DNA from: Eledone cirrhosa
Taxonomy: Eukaryota
Assembly: GCA_964016885.1 (NCBI GenBank)
Contig: OZ024742.1
Location: forward strand, 170,810,001-170,874,000
DNA: 64,000 nucleotides
Direction: 5' to 3'
Both the position numbers and the translations under genes were made by a program. The first letter of the stretch is position 1. Every line of letters starts with the position of its first letter. This document shows positions 14,766 to 28,249 of the stretch, piece after piece. The notes under the pieces are model-generated. The model was not told the DNA's origin. It was given only the letters and a program-made list of their open reading frames with translations, and made no database searches.

Positions 14766-14951
14766 TGGTGAATTTTCAGTATCAGTAGAGGGTCGGATGT
14801 CATGCTTTCTAGCATAGTTACGTCCCTTTACGGTCTGAGGTCAAATCCCACCGAGGTTAACTTTGCCTTTCATCCTTACGGGGTCGATAAAATAAAGTAC
14901 CAGTAATGCACTGGGTAATTGCTGGTCTTGTGCCCAAAGTAGAAACAATTA
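14766..14951 (+). mobile_element. SINE family A
   Basis: CAGTATCAGTAGAGGGTCGGA...GCCTTTCATCCTTACGGGGTCGATAAAATAAAGTACCAG...GTAGAAACAATT. Confidence 0.9.
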
Positions 14952-15049
14952 ATTTTATGACCCGACGCTTTTTATTTGTAAACTTAAAATAACCCAAACT
15001 TTTCTTAGAATCTCCCTCTCAGCACCAAGGCACCGACGAAAATCTAGAA

Positions 15050-15760
15050 TCAGAATTTTTTCTTCGTATCCCTGTCCTACCACATGTTTTAAAAGTTTTT
15101 ACACTTCTGTAAAAATATTCATCTGGCTATTTATTATACCAAAACGTATAAATTGACTAGAAAACACTTTGTATCCTAAAGTTATGGGAATACAGCTAGA
15201 TGTAAAGTGCATCCTCGCTCACTTAAAGCTAAAATAAAGACGTTTGTCACTATTGACTTACCATTCTTCTCTATAATGACGTCTAAATAATTAACCCTGC
15301 TAGCGTCTCTTCCATTCCTCTTCGACTCTAAGCTCTTGGAATAGATTTTGTGCAGTAAACTTCGAAATGCCCGTAATCAGGAGCAAATACATCATCAATA
15401 TACCTACAATATCCTCCCAACAGTCTAATTAAGGCTATAATCCTAAGCTTCCTTACCTCCTTCAGATAGCCAAACTCACGGGAAGATATATATACATTCG
15501 CCAGGAGTGAGCTACAGTTTTCGTCCGTTGATATGTCTCTGACTTGCCTGAAAACATTATCTGCGAATGCAACGTAACAATTATCTACTCTAAACCGGAC
15601 TACCCGTACGAGTTTATCTTTTGCCCAATTAGTGTATCCGTTGTACCTTATTCTGGATATGAAGACCTTGCCGTTCCTGAAGGAAACATGCTTAAACTTA
15701 TTTCCGAAAAGCAGGTCTATTATACTACCCACCCATTTCTCAACTAAATCCAGCCCCAAA
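15050..15760 (-). pseudogene. Decayed PLE reverse transcriptase, probably Naiad-type
   Basis: DNCYVAFADNVFRQ, NCSSLLANVY, RYIDD; downstream remnants NYLDV and GQGY; no endonuclease visible after the RT. Confidence 0.65.
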
Positions 15761-15763
15761 CTA

Positions 15764-16300
<537 letters not shown>

Positions 16301-17289
16301 AGAAATTGCATGTGTAAATCTTTCCTGCATTGAAAACTAAATTAAATTCAGAAAACCTACAGCAGAGCTTACCAAATTCGCTGTCGATTCTTTGGCTTCT
16401 GCTGTAGTCTTTTATTTACCAGAATATTATAGATTTCTCTCTACCATTCTATTAATCAGTAGAGTATAGACTAATTCTATTACACTTCCATTCAGTTCTT
16501 CACCTCTCTTCTTCATGTATTTTTTATTATTCTATTTAACCTTACTCCACCGCCAGAAATGTTCCCTTTATTATTATTATTATTATTATTATTGAATGCT
16601 ATGGTTGACGGAGGCTCGGCTCTGTAAGGTATTGTAAATTTTGAACGCTATAACAATTGTAAATTGTTTAAAACTTCAATGAACTTGTAGACAAAAACAC
16701 CCTCCTCCTCGTGAGAGGGGTCTTTCTACCCGTTATTTGGCCCTTCGGGGTAAAATAACTGCTTATTGGGGTTTTGTGCCCAATATTTATTTTAAACAAA
16801 AAAAACAACATGGCTACGAAAAAGAATTTTCATAGGTCACTCTCACTCATTCCGTCTTCTTCTTCCTCAATCGTCACTACAGCAGAGAGAAGATTGTCTC
16901 TCTCCCTCCCTTCTTTAAATGTGTCTCTCTCCCTCCTTTCTCTTTCGCAAGCGACGACAGAAAAGAAAAGTCTCGTGCAAAGCGTGCAAGATTTCTCCAC
17001 GACGACGACGACAACGACGAAACAGGTGTGCGGGAAATACGAAAACCCATTTCATTCGTCTGACGTCAGGAATAATAGCAGTAGCAGCCGTAATAACAAC
17101 AGCAACAGTGACAATGAAAACAACAGTAGCAGCCGCAACAGCATCAGCAGCAGCATAAACAACAACAGCATTAGCAGCAGCAACAACAACAACAACCACA
17201 GCAACAGCGGCGGCGGCAGTAGTCGTAGTACATGCAGCAACAACAAAAGTAACAGCAGCTCTGACGAACAACAACAACAACAACAGCAG

Positions 17290-18516
17290 CAAAGAAAAAC
17301 CAATCTCGTTTGCAGGTATCGCGAAGAACCTGGAAACAATCCTCATAACAGATGAGGAATTAGAGGAAGCGAAGAAGATGGTGACAAAAACTGGACACCG
17401 AGCAATCTGCAAGGCAGCGGAAACATTTTTCGAAACCCAACAGCACTGTACGGTCACGTACCGTACAGTAAGTACAAAATCCGGTAGGGTGGAAAGAGCC
17501 ACAGAGGCTCAAATACAAAAAGCCTTGGGGTCTGTGTGGCAGCGGAAAACACACATCACCCGAGGCAAGAAATATGCCACCGTAGACGTACTTTTTGCCA
17601 CACCCCAGGAGGCAAAAGCTCAATCCTTAGTGACCCTAAGGAGCGAGGAAATGGTGTTTGTGCCCTCCTACTGCGGGCAAAAAATTGTGAGGGTCAAACT
17701 GACCCACGTCCCCCCCCCGGGATGGCCCCTTCTTGGCTGGCCGCGTCTGTCCTCGTCGGAATCGAGGACAAAACAACTGTACTGCAAGTACAGAAAAAAG
17801 TAAGAGAAGATTGGGTCGGCACCTCCATTGAGATGTTAATCCAAACCAACCAGGAGTGCATCGAAGCTATCCCGGATGTGATAGACTTCGATAACGGCAC
17901 TCAACTGCCCATAAGTGTTGAGGGCAAACGCCCGAAATGCTTTCGCTGTGGATCGAAGACTCACCTCAGGGCCTTCTGCAACGAGAAGACCCTGAGAAAG
18001 GAGAAAACCCCCCTCCTTCCGAAACCGGCTCCACGGCTACCAGCAACAGGACAAGCGGCAACCAGGAACGATAGGTCCGTGGCACCCATACCCACGCCAC
18101 GGAAATCAAAAACAGCAGCAGCAGTGGAAGTATTAACAACAACAACAACAACAGTAATACCAAATGCAGCTGCAACAGAGACTCCAGTGCAAACATCACC
18201 AACAACAACAAGTGAAAGAGTGGAGCTGGTACCCCTCCCCGACCTCACAGAATCAGACATGGAGTGTGAGGTGGGAGAGGGATGGCAAAAGGTCGTAAGA
18301 AGGCACAAACGCAGAAGCAGCGCATCGTCGCCTTTGAAAAGGGAGGAAAGAAATGAAAAAAGGGTAAAGTCTACTGCAAAGAGACTCACAGCAGCAACAC
18401 CACCAACACCATCACCACCCACACTAGCACGACCATCACCACCGGCGACAAGCCCACCGCCAACAACAACAACACCTTCAACACCACCACAACAAGCACC
18501 AACATCGCAAACATAA
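17290..18516 (+). pseudogene. L1/Tx1 ORF1 (gag-like, CCHC knuckle), frameshifted
   Basis: Frame shift in C-run ~17710-17718 joins ...KLTHVPP to GMAPSWL...; CFRCGSKTHLRAFC knuckle; P/T-rich tail. Confidence 0.8.
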
Positions 18517-18961
18517 CAAAACACACACACCCAGCAAAAACGACAAGAAAATAGCAGAACCACACCTACCCCCAGAAAAACATATGCACGGCAATAAATA
18601 CACACAACAAGAAACTAATGACTTACATAATTGAACACACAGACATTTCACAACACGACTACATAATACCAGCACCAATCAAAACGCCAACTAACATAAG
18701 ACTGCTAAAAATAGCACAGAAACAATACACAAACATTAAAACGAAATTCCCCAACGCAGTTGGTGATTTCAGACACCTAGGAGGAACTATCAACCGAAGA
18801 GTATATTCGGACATACTCATAGAAGAGCCGATGACCAGCCGAAGGTACGATTCAACGGTCCCTTCACCAGACGATCAAGTGAAAAGGGATGTAAAAACCA
18901 TCCCTCCTCTACGAAAAGTACGGTAAGTGGTCTTTCCCATCTTTTCCACTCTATTTTAAAC

Positions 18962-21900
18962 ATGACCTCACTCAGAATAGGCAGCATAAATGCGCGTGGC
19001 TTGGGGTCGTCATGGAAGCAGGGTCACCTGCTCAACGACCTCAGGTCACTAAACATAGATGTAGTGGCCATCAGCGAGACCAGAATCTCCGAAGCATGGG
19101 CCTTCGCACCGATCTTCGGCGGCTACGATGTGTACGCATCTCCCAGCCGCCCTGGATCGGGGGGATGAGTTGCTGTGCTTTTTCGGAGAGGTTTGGATCT
19201 CGCCATACGGGCCATCTTCCTGGACCCAGAGGGTAAGTTGGTGGTGCTGGACGTGACCAGCGGAGACGGGCAAGCTTTCAGGCTAGTGGCCGTCTATGCC
19301 CCGACAGGAGCAGGGCGGCCTGATTTCTTCCGGCGTCTGGAGACCTTTCTTGGAACGTCCCGCTCTTTAGTGTTAGTGGCGACTGGAACGGGATCTTAGA
19401 TGTACGCTGGGACTGTGTGGGATTAGCGGATAGGGGTGGAGGGTGCAAGAGCCTCACCAACCTGCTCAGGCGTTTTGAACTGTCTGACAGGTACCGATTG
19501 GATTTCCCGAATGTGCCAATGTGGACTTGGACAAATCGCATAGGGTCATCCAGATCATATCTAGATAGAGTATTTTGTAGGGAAATAGATAGGTCTAGCA
19601 TAGGCTGTCCACAATTCAAGATAGTCAGCTACACGGACCACAAATTCGTGATCTGTGTGCTTGACTTAGATAGGCTTCATAGACGAGGACCCGGCTACTG
19701 GAAGCTAAACGCGTCCTTACCAGCGCGCAAGGCCTACAGAGACCGGATTAGCGAACTAGTTAAGCGGGCGTTGACGGGGGCCAACGTCAACAACAAGTGG
19801 TGGTTTGCTCTGAAAAGAGCGATTAGAATAGAATCCATTAGGTTTAGTAAGGCTTTAGCAATAGAGAAAAATAGAACTAGTTAGAAAATTAGACGAAAAT
19901 TAGAGAACTAGTTAGAAAATTAGACGAGGCGCTTAGCAAAGGCATTGCGACCGACGTGCTTGCGGCGAAATTGGCCCTTGACCAATTCTTCAATGCAAAG
20001 CACGAAGGCTGCGTTGTCAGAGAAAGGGTGCGTGCTCTCAGACACGAGGGGACGAAAGCCGTTCAATGGGCCCGAGTGGCGGAGGCGCGTCGTGGCAACA
20101 AAGCCACGATCCGGTCTTTGGTGGACCACGACGGGCGCATGCTACTCGATCCCGGGCAAATGTGTGAAGCTTTTCAGCGACACTTCGCTCAGCTGTTCGG
20201 GGGCAGCGGTGGGCCGGGTCGAGGGATGGACTTTAGTGTCTACCTCGACGGACTGCCGCGGCTCTCGGCCACTGAGGCGAAGTGTTGCGAAAAGCCGATA
20301 ACAGCCGCTGAAGTAAGGGAGGCAATGACTGGCTGCACAAGGGGTAAATCGCCTGGTTTGGATGGTCTGCCCTATGAACTTTACGTACAGATGCCAGACT
20401 TGTTCGGAGGCCTCTTGGCGGACGTCTACTGCAACTGGCAACAGAACGGGAGAATTCCCAATTCTGTGAGCCGAGGAGCGGTGGCACTGCTGAGAAAGGA
20501 TCCGAACAAAGGGGATAACAGATAATTTCCGGCCCATAACTCTGCTAAACACAGAGTTCAAGATTTTGGCCAAGGTGCTAGCATAGAGGTTGGCGCTTGT
20601 CGTTGGTGGTCTGGTGGGAGAGGCGCAGACATGCGCCATTCCCGACAGATCCATCCACGACAACCTCCACCTCATGCGATACATCGTAGAGAGGGTAGCT
20701 AGGGAACCTGGCACGGGTGGGTCCTTGATCAATTTAGATCAGTCGAAAGCTTTCGATAGGGTCGACCATCGTTACCTAGCGGCAGTCCTGAGGGCGGCTG
20801 GCTTTGGGCCCGTCTTCAGAGGCTGGATCGCTGCCATGCACAGCGACATCTGCTCTGTGGTGAGAGTGAACGGTCACCTGTCGGAACCGTTCAACATCAT
20901 GCGCTCGGTCCGCCAAGGATGTCCCCTCTCGTCCCTCTTGTACGTATTGACTCTCGAGCCATTACTGCACAAACTGGAGACGTTGAGGGGGGTCCCGCGC
21001 GAACTAGGATGCGGAAGATCCGTGTCAGCATATGCGGACGATGTCACCGTAGTGGTGTCGAACGCCAAACACATCGAGGCGATCGGCACTACACTAAGAG
21101 AATACGAAGCGGTGACAGGAGTAATGATCAACCAGGAAAAGTCAGTGGGCCTGCAGCTCGGCACCTGGAGAGGCAGGTCCATGCCGTCCAACAGCGTCGT
21201 CGGACGCTGGACGGACGGACCGGTTAAATTGCTAGGGGTCTGGTTCGGTCCGGACCTCCAGACGGACAAAAACTGGGACGAGGTGACGAGCAGGGTGGCT
21301 TCTCTCACCCAGAAATGGGCGGAGAGGAAGCTATCCCTGAAAGGTCGAGCGGAGGTGGCTAACGCGTACATCGCGTCCGTCATCTGCTACCGCCTGACCG
21401 TCGTACCTTGTCCTAAGCCTCGCCTGACTGCGCTGGAGCGTTTGCTCTTTCGCTTTTTGTGGAAGGGACGCGCTCCGATGGTCAGGCGGTCCATTTGTTG
21501 TCAACACCCGCTACGTGGAGGGCTGGGCATGCCGTGGCTGATGATGCGCAGGAACGCGCTCAGGCTACGACATCTCCACCTCTTCCTCGACGGTGATCAG
21601 GTGTGGTCGCCGTTTGCTAGACACGTATTTCCCCAGCTCGTTTCCTTGACGGAGCTGCAGTCCTGGGTCAAGCGAAGACCGAGAGGGAGCGCCTGGAGAC
21701 TGGAATGTCTTCAGGCGCTCACAGCCCTCGACCAATCGGGCAATGTGATCGGTGGAAACTCCACCTCGGCGTTCTATAGAGGATTAGTGGAGGGGAAGAG
21801 CGACGACGTACTTGGGGAAACTCTAGGCGTCGACGAAAATCAACTAGCCAATCTCTTCGGAAGAACTTTCGGGCCAGGGCCCATGGACAACTTCCAGAAA

Positions 21901-22371
21901 TCTCTGGCCTGGCAGTGCTACCGAGGACCCTTGCCAGTTCGGGATAAACTCTACAGGCATGGAGGTGCCGTCAGCCGAGCATGTCCGAGATGCACGCAGG
22001 GCGACGAAACCGTCCTGCACGCACTCGTCCAGTGTCCGAAAATTGCTGACTTGTGGGTTTATGTCGAACACCTGCTGTCGCGTTTAGGACGGATCCGGCT
22101 ATCATCTGAGTCCATCGTGAGGATTGCTCCGCCCTCCTACTTTAGCCGGGAAGGGCAGGCAGTTTTTATCTGTCTGGTGGCCATGGCGAAAGAGATAGTA
22201 TGGTGGACACGTTTGAAAGGGCTGAAGACGAGCACTTACCTCTTCGGTGATGCTCTGATTGACTTTTTCAAATTTCATTTGAAAAGGAAAATCAGAGTAG
22301 AGAGGGAAGTGCTCTCTTCCCAGCATTTTGTTGAAAGATGGGTGAGAGAAGCAAGAATGGGCCTACTCTGA
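18962..22371 (+). pseudogene. L1/Tx1 ORF2 (AP endonuclease, RT, C-terminal zinc finger), disrupted
   Basis: SINARGL, SET, VYAP, (G)DWN, YLDRVF, TDH; KSPGLDGLP, DQSKAFDRVDH, VRQGCPLS, YADD, CPRC..ETVLHALVQC; stops at 19166 and 20584, frameshifts near 19380 and 20520, small tandem duplication at ~19873-19926. Confidence 0.92.
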
Positions 22372-22640
22372 GTATATATCTGTAAATTAAAGGTGGAAAA
22401 CTGGGAGAGGGCACTTGCCTTGGTGGTCAGGGTCATTGTGGCTTTTTACTGGGCTTTCTCCAGAAATGTCCCTCCGAAGTCTCCCCCCTATTGGGGAATT
22501 TTTCATTGTTATTTTTTGTTACATCCTCTGTATTTGTTTTTTACACGCAGAAATGCCCATTTGTACCGTCCTGTATTGTCCTGCACTGTCCTTAATGTCT
22601 ACTTTATGTAACCCCTTGTGCTTAATAAAGAAATCAGAAA

Positions 22641-22675
<35 letters not shown>

Positions 22676-22683
22676 GTTATTAT

Positions 22684-23795
22684 TTTCTTGGAGTCTCAAT
22701 CATTGATGTTATTTAACTGGAGAGTTTATTTAAATGAACATCAAGCCGCTACCTGGAGCTTCAGATATTCAGGACGTATCGGAGGGTTCTTGCTGTTCCC
22801 CGCAAGCATGCCTTTTGAAGTTTTCAAAAAAAGGGGGTTGGATTAATGTTCTTTAACCATTCTTGAAAACCTTTTGAGATAGTACCTAGTGCTCTTATGA
22901 CAATCGGGACAACCTTGATCTCATGACAGTCCCAAATCCTTTTTAATTCCCACTTAAAATCCTGATATCGGTTAATTTTCTCCTTCTCCTTTTCAGGCAC
23001 TCTTGTGTAAAAGGGGCAGGCTACATCTACAATCAAGCACAATTTGTTTTCCTTGTCAAAACCAACCAGGTGTTCTAATTTGTCAAAACCAACCAGGTGT
23101 TCTAATTTGTCAAAACCAACCAGGTGTTCTGATTTCTTGCCTGTCTGTATCCTGAAATCCTATAACACCTTCACTTGAGCGTTTTCTATCACCGACTCTA
23201 GCTTATGCTCATACCACTTCTCAGAATGTTGCAAATTATTTAGTTTACATAAATGCTAGTAAATCACCTTTCCTATTGTATTGTTCCCCCACCCTTTATA
23301 GTGAGTCTGGGCTAGGCGTGTACACTCGGATACGATGTGAGCCACAGTTTCCTCTCTCTCCACAGATCCCACAGAGTGGGCTAGCCTCCTCCTTGTCAAT
23401 ATGGTGTTTCACCCACTTCGTTCTGAGGGCTTGCTCCTGTGCAGCCAGTAGCATTCCCTCTGTAACCTTTCTAAGGTCTCTTTTTAACCAGTTCCATGTG
23501 TGTGGATCTCTGAATTCCGTTTTCTTAAAAAAGATGCTACGAAGGGTTTTTTCCATGAAGGTTGCTCTTCCTCTTTGCTGTTACTTCCTTCTTGGACATC
23601 CCCCTTGTCTATTGTCTTCTCCTTCAGTACAACTTTGAGCATCGGCTCCCTACTCCCAGACACATATTTGTGTAGACCGCTCTTCTCCATCTAAACATAG
23701 TCCTCTGCGCTGATAAAACCTCTTCCACCTTTAGATCTCTTTAAGTAGAGCCTATCAACATCACTCCTCACGTATGTCATTTCATTTATCTTGCT
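22684..23795 (-). mobile_element. R4/Dong-like non-LTR 3' fragment (restriction-like endonuclease) with (TAA)n tail
   Basis: TEGMLLAAQEQALRT, CGICGE, IVDVACP, EKINRYQDFKWELKRIW, VVPIVI; 27-bp triple duplication at 23053-23130. Confidence 0.85.
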
Positions 23796-23899
23796 TTTAT
23801 GTTCATACGAGTTATCACCAAGTTACAACCAGTGACCTCAAGAAGCAACAAGCTCCACCCTGTTCAAGAAACACGCACACACATCTGTGATATACTTAT

Positions 23900-26790
23900 A
23901 TCGACAGTATTTTCCTTAGTATATGGGCAGTTCCCATTAATACTATCTTTTGTTTTTATTCTATACGCAGGTTTCCTGGGGTTTGGGATAAGTAATCATT
24001 AGACCCCTTATGTATCATTCCTAGAGCGCCTAAAACCACTGGTATTGTTTTAGCTCTCAACTTCCTCATTTTCCAATCTCTATTTCCAGGTTTTCATATT
24101 TGCCCAATTTTTCAAATGCTTTTATAAATACTTTATTGTCTATTGGAACGGTCATGTCAATTAGCAGGCATACCCTCTATTTAAAGTTCTTCAGTATTAT
24201 ATCAGGTCTATTTGTAGCTAAAATACGGGAGGTAGTTGATGCTTCCACAAATTCTTTTGATGGGCTTGTCAAAATGCTTACACATTATCCAATGTATGTA
24301 CTGCGCCGCTCTGTCGTGCCTGTTAAGGTATACAGTTGGACTGCACATTGAAATTATATGATTAATGGTCTCTGGCTGTTTTTTAAACCCACGGCACCAT
24401 GGGTTGCATCCACTTTTTATGATGTTGGCTTGGTGATTCTCTAATATAATCAGTCCTCCAGTCTCCGATTTCAGCCCAGAGGATGCCAACAACTTATTAG
24501 TTAAAGTTTTTTCAACATCAGGATGGCTCGCCCCTTCTGGGTATTTTACATACAGAGGCTTTTCTTGCCATTTCTTAGCCAGTTTCTTTAATAGTTCTTT
24601 ATTTGCAGTTACTTTTACCTGCTTTGCTTTTTCTGAGTTTTTCATTTCAGGGGAACGTCTGAAATTTGTAGTTCATTACTGTATCTATAAGAATCTATAT
24701 GCATTTTTGTAATGGAATATGATCATTTGTTGCTTTCGTGTTTCAAACCGAGCTTGATCATCCAATCATATGATTCCCTTAAATTGTTGCAGTTTTCAAA
24801 GAAATATCCAGCTGGATTGATACACGCCCTCCTTCTTTCCTAGGGAGATACATTCTATCTCTATCTGCCTTAGGTTGATGCATTCTCTGCATGGTTAAGA
24901 GTTTTCTAATTTTCGTATCGAGTTTACGGATCACTATACCTGACCAGTTGATGACATTGAAGCTGTAGGTTACTACTGGTATGGCAAGTGTGTTTATGGC
25001 ATCGATCCTATTCCTTGCATTTAACTCCGATCTTAAAACTGTCCTTACTCTGCGGTAACATTCCTTCCTTATCCTTTCCCTCATTGTCGAGTGCTTTATA
25101 TGTCTCCTTTACAAACACCTAGATAGTTATAAGTTTCTTCTTGATCAAGTTCTCTTATCACATTCCACCGATCAATATTAATGTCTGAAGTCTCCAGTAG
25201 CTTTCCTCTGATGAACGCGGTTTTGGCGCATTTATCTAGTCCAAACTCCATTTTAATATCATCACTGAACTACTTCACAGTGGATAATAGCCCTTGCAAT
25301 TGCTCATCATTCTTTGCAAATAGCTTAAGGTCATCCATGAAGAACAAGTGATTAAGGGTTTTGTCATAGACTTTATATCCATGTTTTATTTGATTGAGCA
25401 TTTTACTTAATGGTATAAGTGCGATGCAGAATAAAAGTGGCGATAAAGAGTCACCCTGAAAAATTCCACAATTATTATCAACTTCTCCAGCTTCCAGTGA
25501 TTTTTTTCATTTTTCAAAATGAGGTTTGTTTTCCATGCTTTCATACTGAATGACAGGAATCTCATGACAACGGGAGATATTTTTAAAATCTCTAAACACT
25601 TTTCAATCCACCTGTGCGGCACACTATCAAATGCTTTTTTGTAATCTACCCAAGCAATTGATAGATTCTTGTGTTTATTATGACAATCTTCCAGAATCAT
25701 TTTGTTAATCAAAAGCTGATCCTCACAGCCACGTGAGCCTCGTTTACATCCTTTCTGCTCATTGGGAAATATATAATTTCATATCAGGTGATTATATGTG
25801 TATTTAGTTAGGATTGATGTTAAGATTTTATACATTGTGGTCAAGCAAATTATCGGTCTTTAATTTTTTGGATTATTTGTCTTATCATTCTTCGAAAGTA
25901 AGAAAGTAATGCCATTAAGTAGCCATGACGGTATCTTTTCTGGCTCCTTAACCATTTCATTATAAAGTTGGGCTAATAGCTCATGAGACTTCGTGAAGGC
26001 ATTTATCCCCAAATCTGGTATTTTGTCTTTCCCTGGGGATTTCCATTTGCTGTATTTTCTAAGAGCTAAACGCAGATGTTCAACTGTTATATTTTCCCAT
26101 ATTTGTTCCTCAAGGTGAGCTGCATCTTTTATTTGTCTGTCTAACCATGGAGCATGTATATTATGAACTTTTTCTTCGGCCCAGATCTTTATCCAGAATT
26201 CTTGCACTTCTTCCTTGGTGGTATTGATATAACAGTTATTGTTGACTTGCAAATTTTTCTGTAGAAGTTTTTTTGGTTGTTTTTGAACATATTACGGTCT
26301 GAGTTCAAATCCCGCCGAGGTTAACTTTGCCTTTCATCTTTACGGGGTCGATAAAATAAAGTACCAGTAATGTACTGTACTGGGTAATTGCTGGCCTTCT
26401 GCCAAAAAGTAGAAACAATTATTGTCCTTATAGAATCTGAAGCGTTTTTCAAAGCGCCTTATACGAGTAGCTTTGGCCGACACTTTTTGCTTGATTGTTT
26501 CTATCATCATGTATATGTCACTTTTTGATTTTATATTGTATTTTCTTTTCAATTTTCTGACTTTAGTTTGTTTTACATGTTCACCTACTTTGTAGTTTGC
26601 TAAAATTTCCATGTCAGATCGAAGAAAGTTGATTTGACGATTTATGTTCTCTTGCCGAGTAGGTATTTTGTTTTTTTCATTTTCACTCCACATAAGTGAG
26701 TAATGGCTTTAGCCGATGCACAATAAAGATGATTTATTTCAGTAATATTTAGTTTATTTGTAGTGATAATGTCTTTGAAGGTTATGCAAG
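23900..26790 (-). mobile_element. R4/Dong-like non-LTR retrotransposon, fragmented
   Basis: [60 protein letters not shown]. Confidence 0.88.
26292..26421 (+). mobile_element. SINE family A, 5'-truncated, inside R4-like element
   Basis: GAGTTCAAATCCCGCCGAGG...GTAGAAACAATT. Confidence 0.9.
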
Positions 26791-27049
26791 TCTTACGCAT
26801 TATCCTCTGGTTTTGTTCTTTCCTGCATCTTTTAGTACTGAATAGAGCTTCTGTTGGTCTTCGTGATCTCTTACTAACACCATAACCCAGTCATTGGTTC
26901 ATTCTAGGTACGCTTATAAGCCAATTGTAGCTGCTTTGTATATCTTGACAAGGATAAGCGATCTACGTCTGCTTTGGGGTTATGCGTTTTGTTGGATGTA
27001 TGTAGTTTTCGAGTTTTTGTGTTCATTCTTTGAAGATCAGATAAGTTAT

Positions 27050-27740
27050 AATTCATGATGTGATAACAGTATCGACAACAGCAACAACAATAACAACAGC
27101 AGTAGCAGCAGCAAGAGTGACAATGACAATAAAAACAGTATCAGCTGCAACAAAGGCAACAACACCAAAAACCAACAACGAAAATAACTACAAGAACAAC
27201 GACGACGACAACAACAACAGCATCAGCAGTAACAGCAACGGCAACTGCAACAACAACAGAAGCAACAACGGCAACAACAGCAACAACAAGGACAACAACT
27301 ACAACAACAAAAACAACATCAAAACCACATTCGCAGCAAATGTTGCGAAAGTCACTGAACTATTCTGGACATTAAAAAGAAAGACGACATCTTAACACAA
27401 GCCTGCCAATTAATTAAGCGGCAAAATACAAAAAAAAAAAAATAACCTTTCCGCCTGAGGTGTTGGCGGCAAAAGAAGAAAATCCTAATTTACAGAACTG
27501 TAGCGATGAAATTAAGACGGCTAGAAGTAGCATCTCAAAGTGAGTGCGAAAGAGTACTGAAAGACAAGCTTGATATAGATCGTATTGCCGGAGCAGAGCA
27601 ATACGCGGGCATTTCAGTGAACCTCAAACATTCTGTGGTCTCTGTTCAGACAGACCAATATGTTTTATACCCTTCATACCAAGGAAGAACTACACAGGAT
27701 CTTGGCCAAGTGTCATTTGCCATACCTTCAATGAAATAGG
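27050..27740 (+). pseudogene. Decayed L1/Tx1-type ORF1 5' fragment
   Basis: CAA/CAG-rich leader then TTFAANVAK and YVLYPSYQG, paralleling ISFAGIAK and MVFVPSYCG of the 17.3-kb ORF1. Confidence 0.45.
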
Positions 27741-28249
27741 ATAGATGGAAACTATATGGGTGCTCATCAGAGTGATTGTAATTGTAATTCAAAAGAACCA
27801 GCCTTATCCCAAACTATACACACTGAATCTGCATGAAAATTAAGTTAAGGCTTTACATGTTTGTAGAATGTTCAATCACTTACACATTATTTTCATGTGC
27901 CGATTGTTCTGTTGATAGAATAACTGAAACACTCATACCGTCAAAACTGACGGAGGTGCTTCCACTTCCATTTCCATATTACATATGTTTGTATGTTCTT
28001 CTGGTTTTATAATTTCACAAATTTTTACCAATAGAGAGAGAGAGAGTCGGTTTCTAACATAGACACAAGACTCTCTCATTGGAATTTGCACAACATCAAC
28101 TAGGTAAATATGTATGCATGCACGTGTAGATATGGATGTTATTGTATGTGTGGATGTGTATGTTTTGAGTTATATGTGTGCATGTGTATATGCTTTGTAT
28201 CTCTACATGTGTATATGCAGTTATTAGATGCAACATTTTTGGAATGTTT

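Larger units (their letters stand above)
16594..22642 (+). mobile_element. Near full-length L1/Tx1-type non-LTR retrotransposon flanked by (ATT)n
   Basis: ORF1 with zinc knuckle, ORF2 APE-RT-zinc finger, AATAAA at 22624; (ATT)n at 16570-16593 and 22643-22683; exact 5' end uncertain. Confidence 0.9.
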
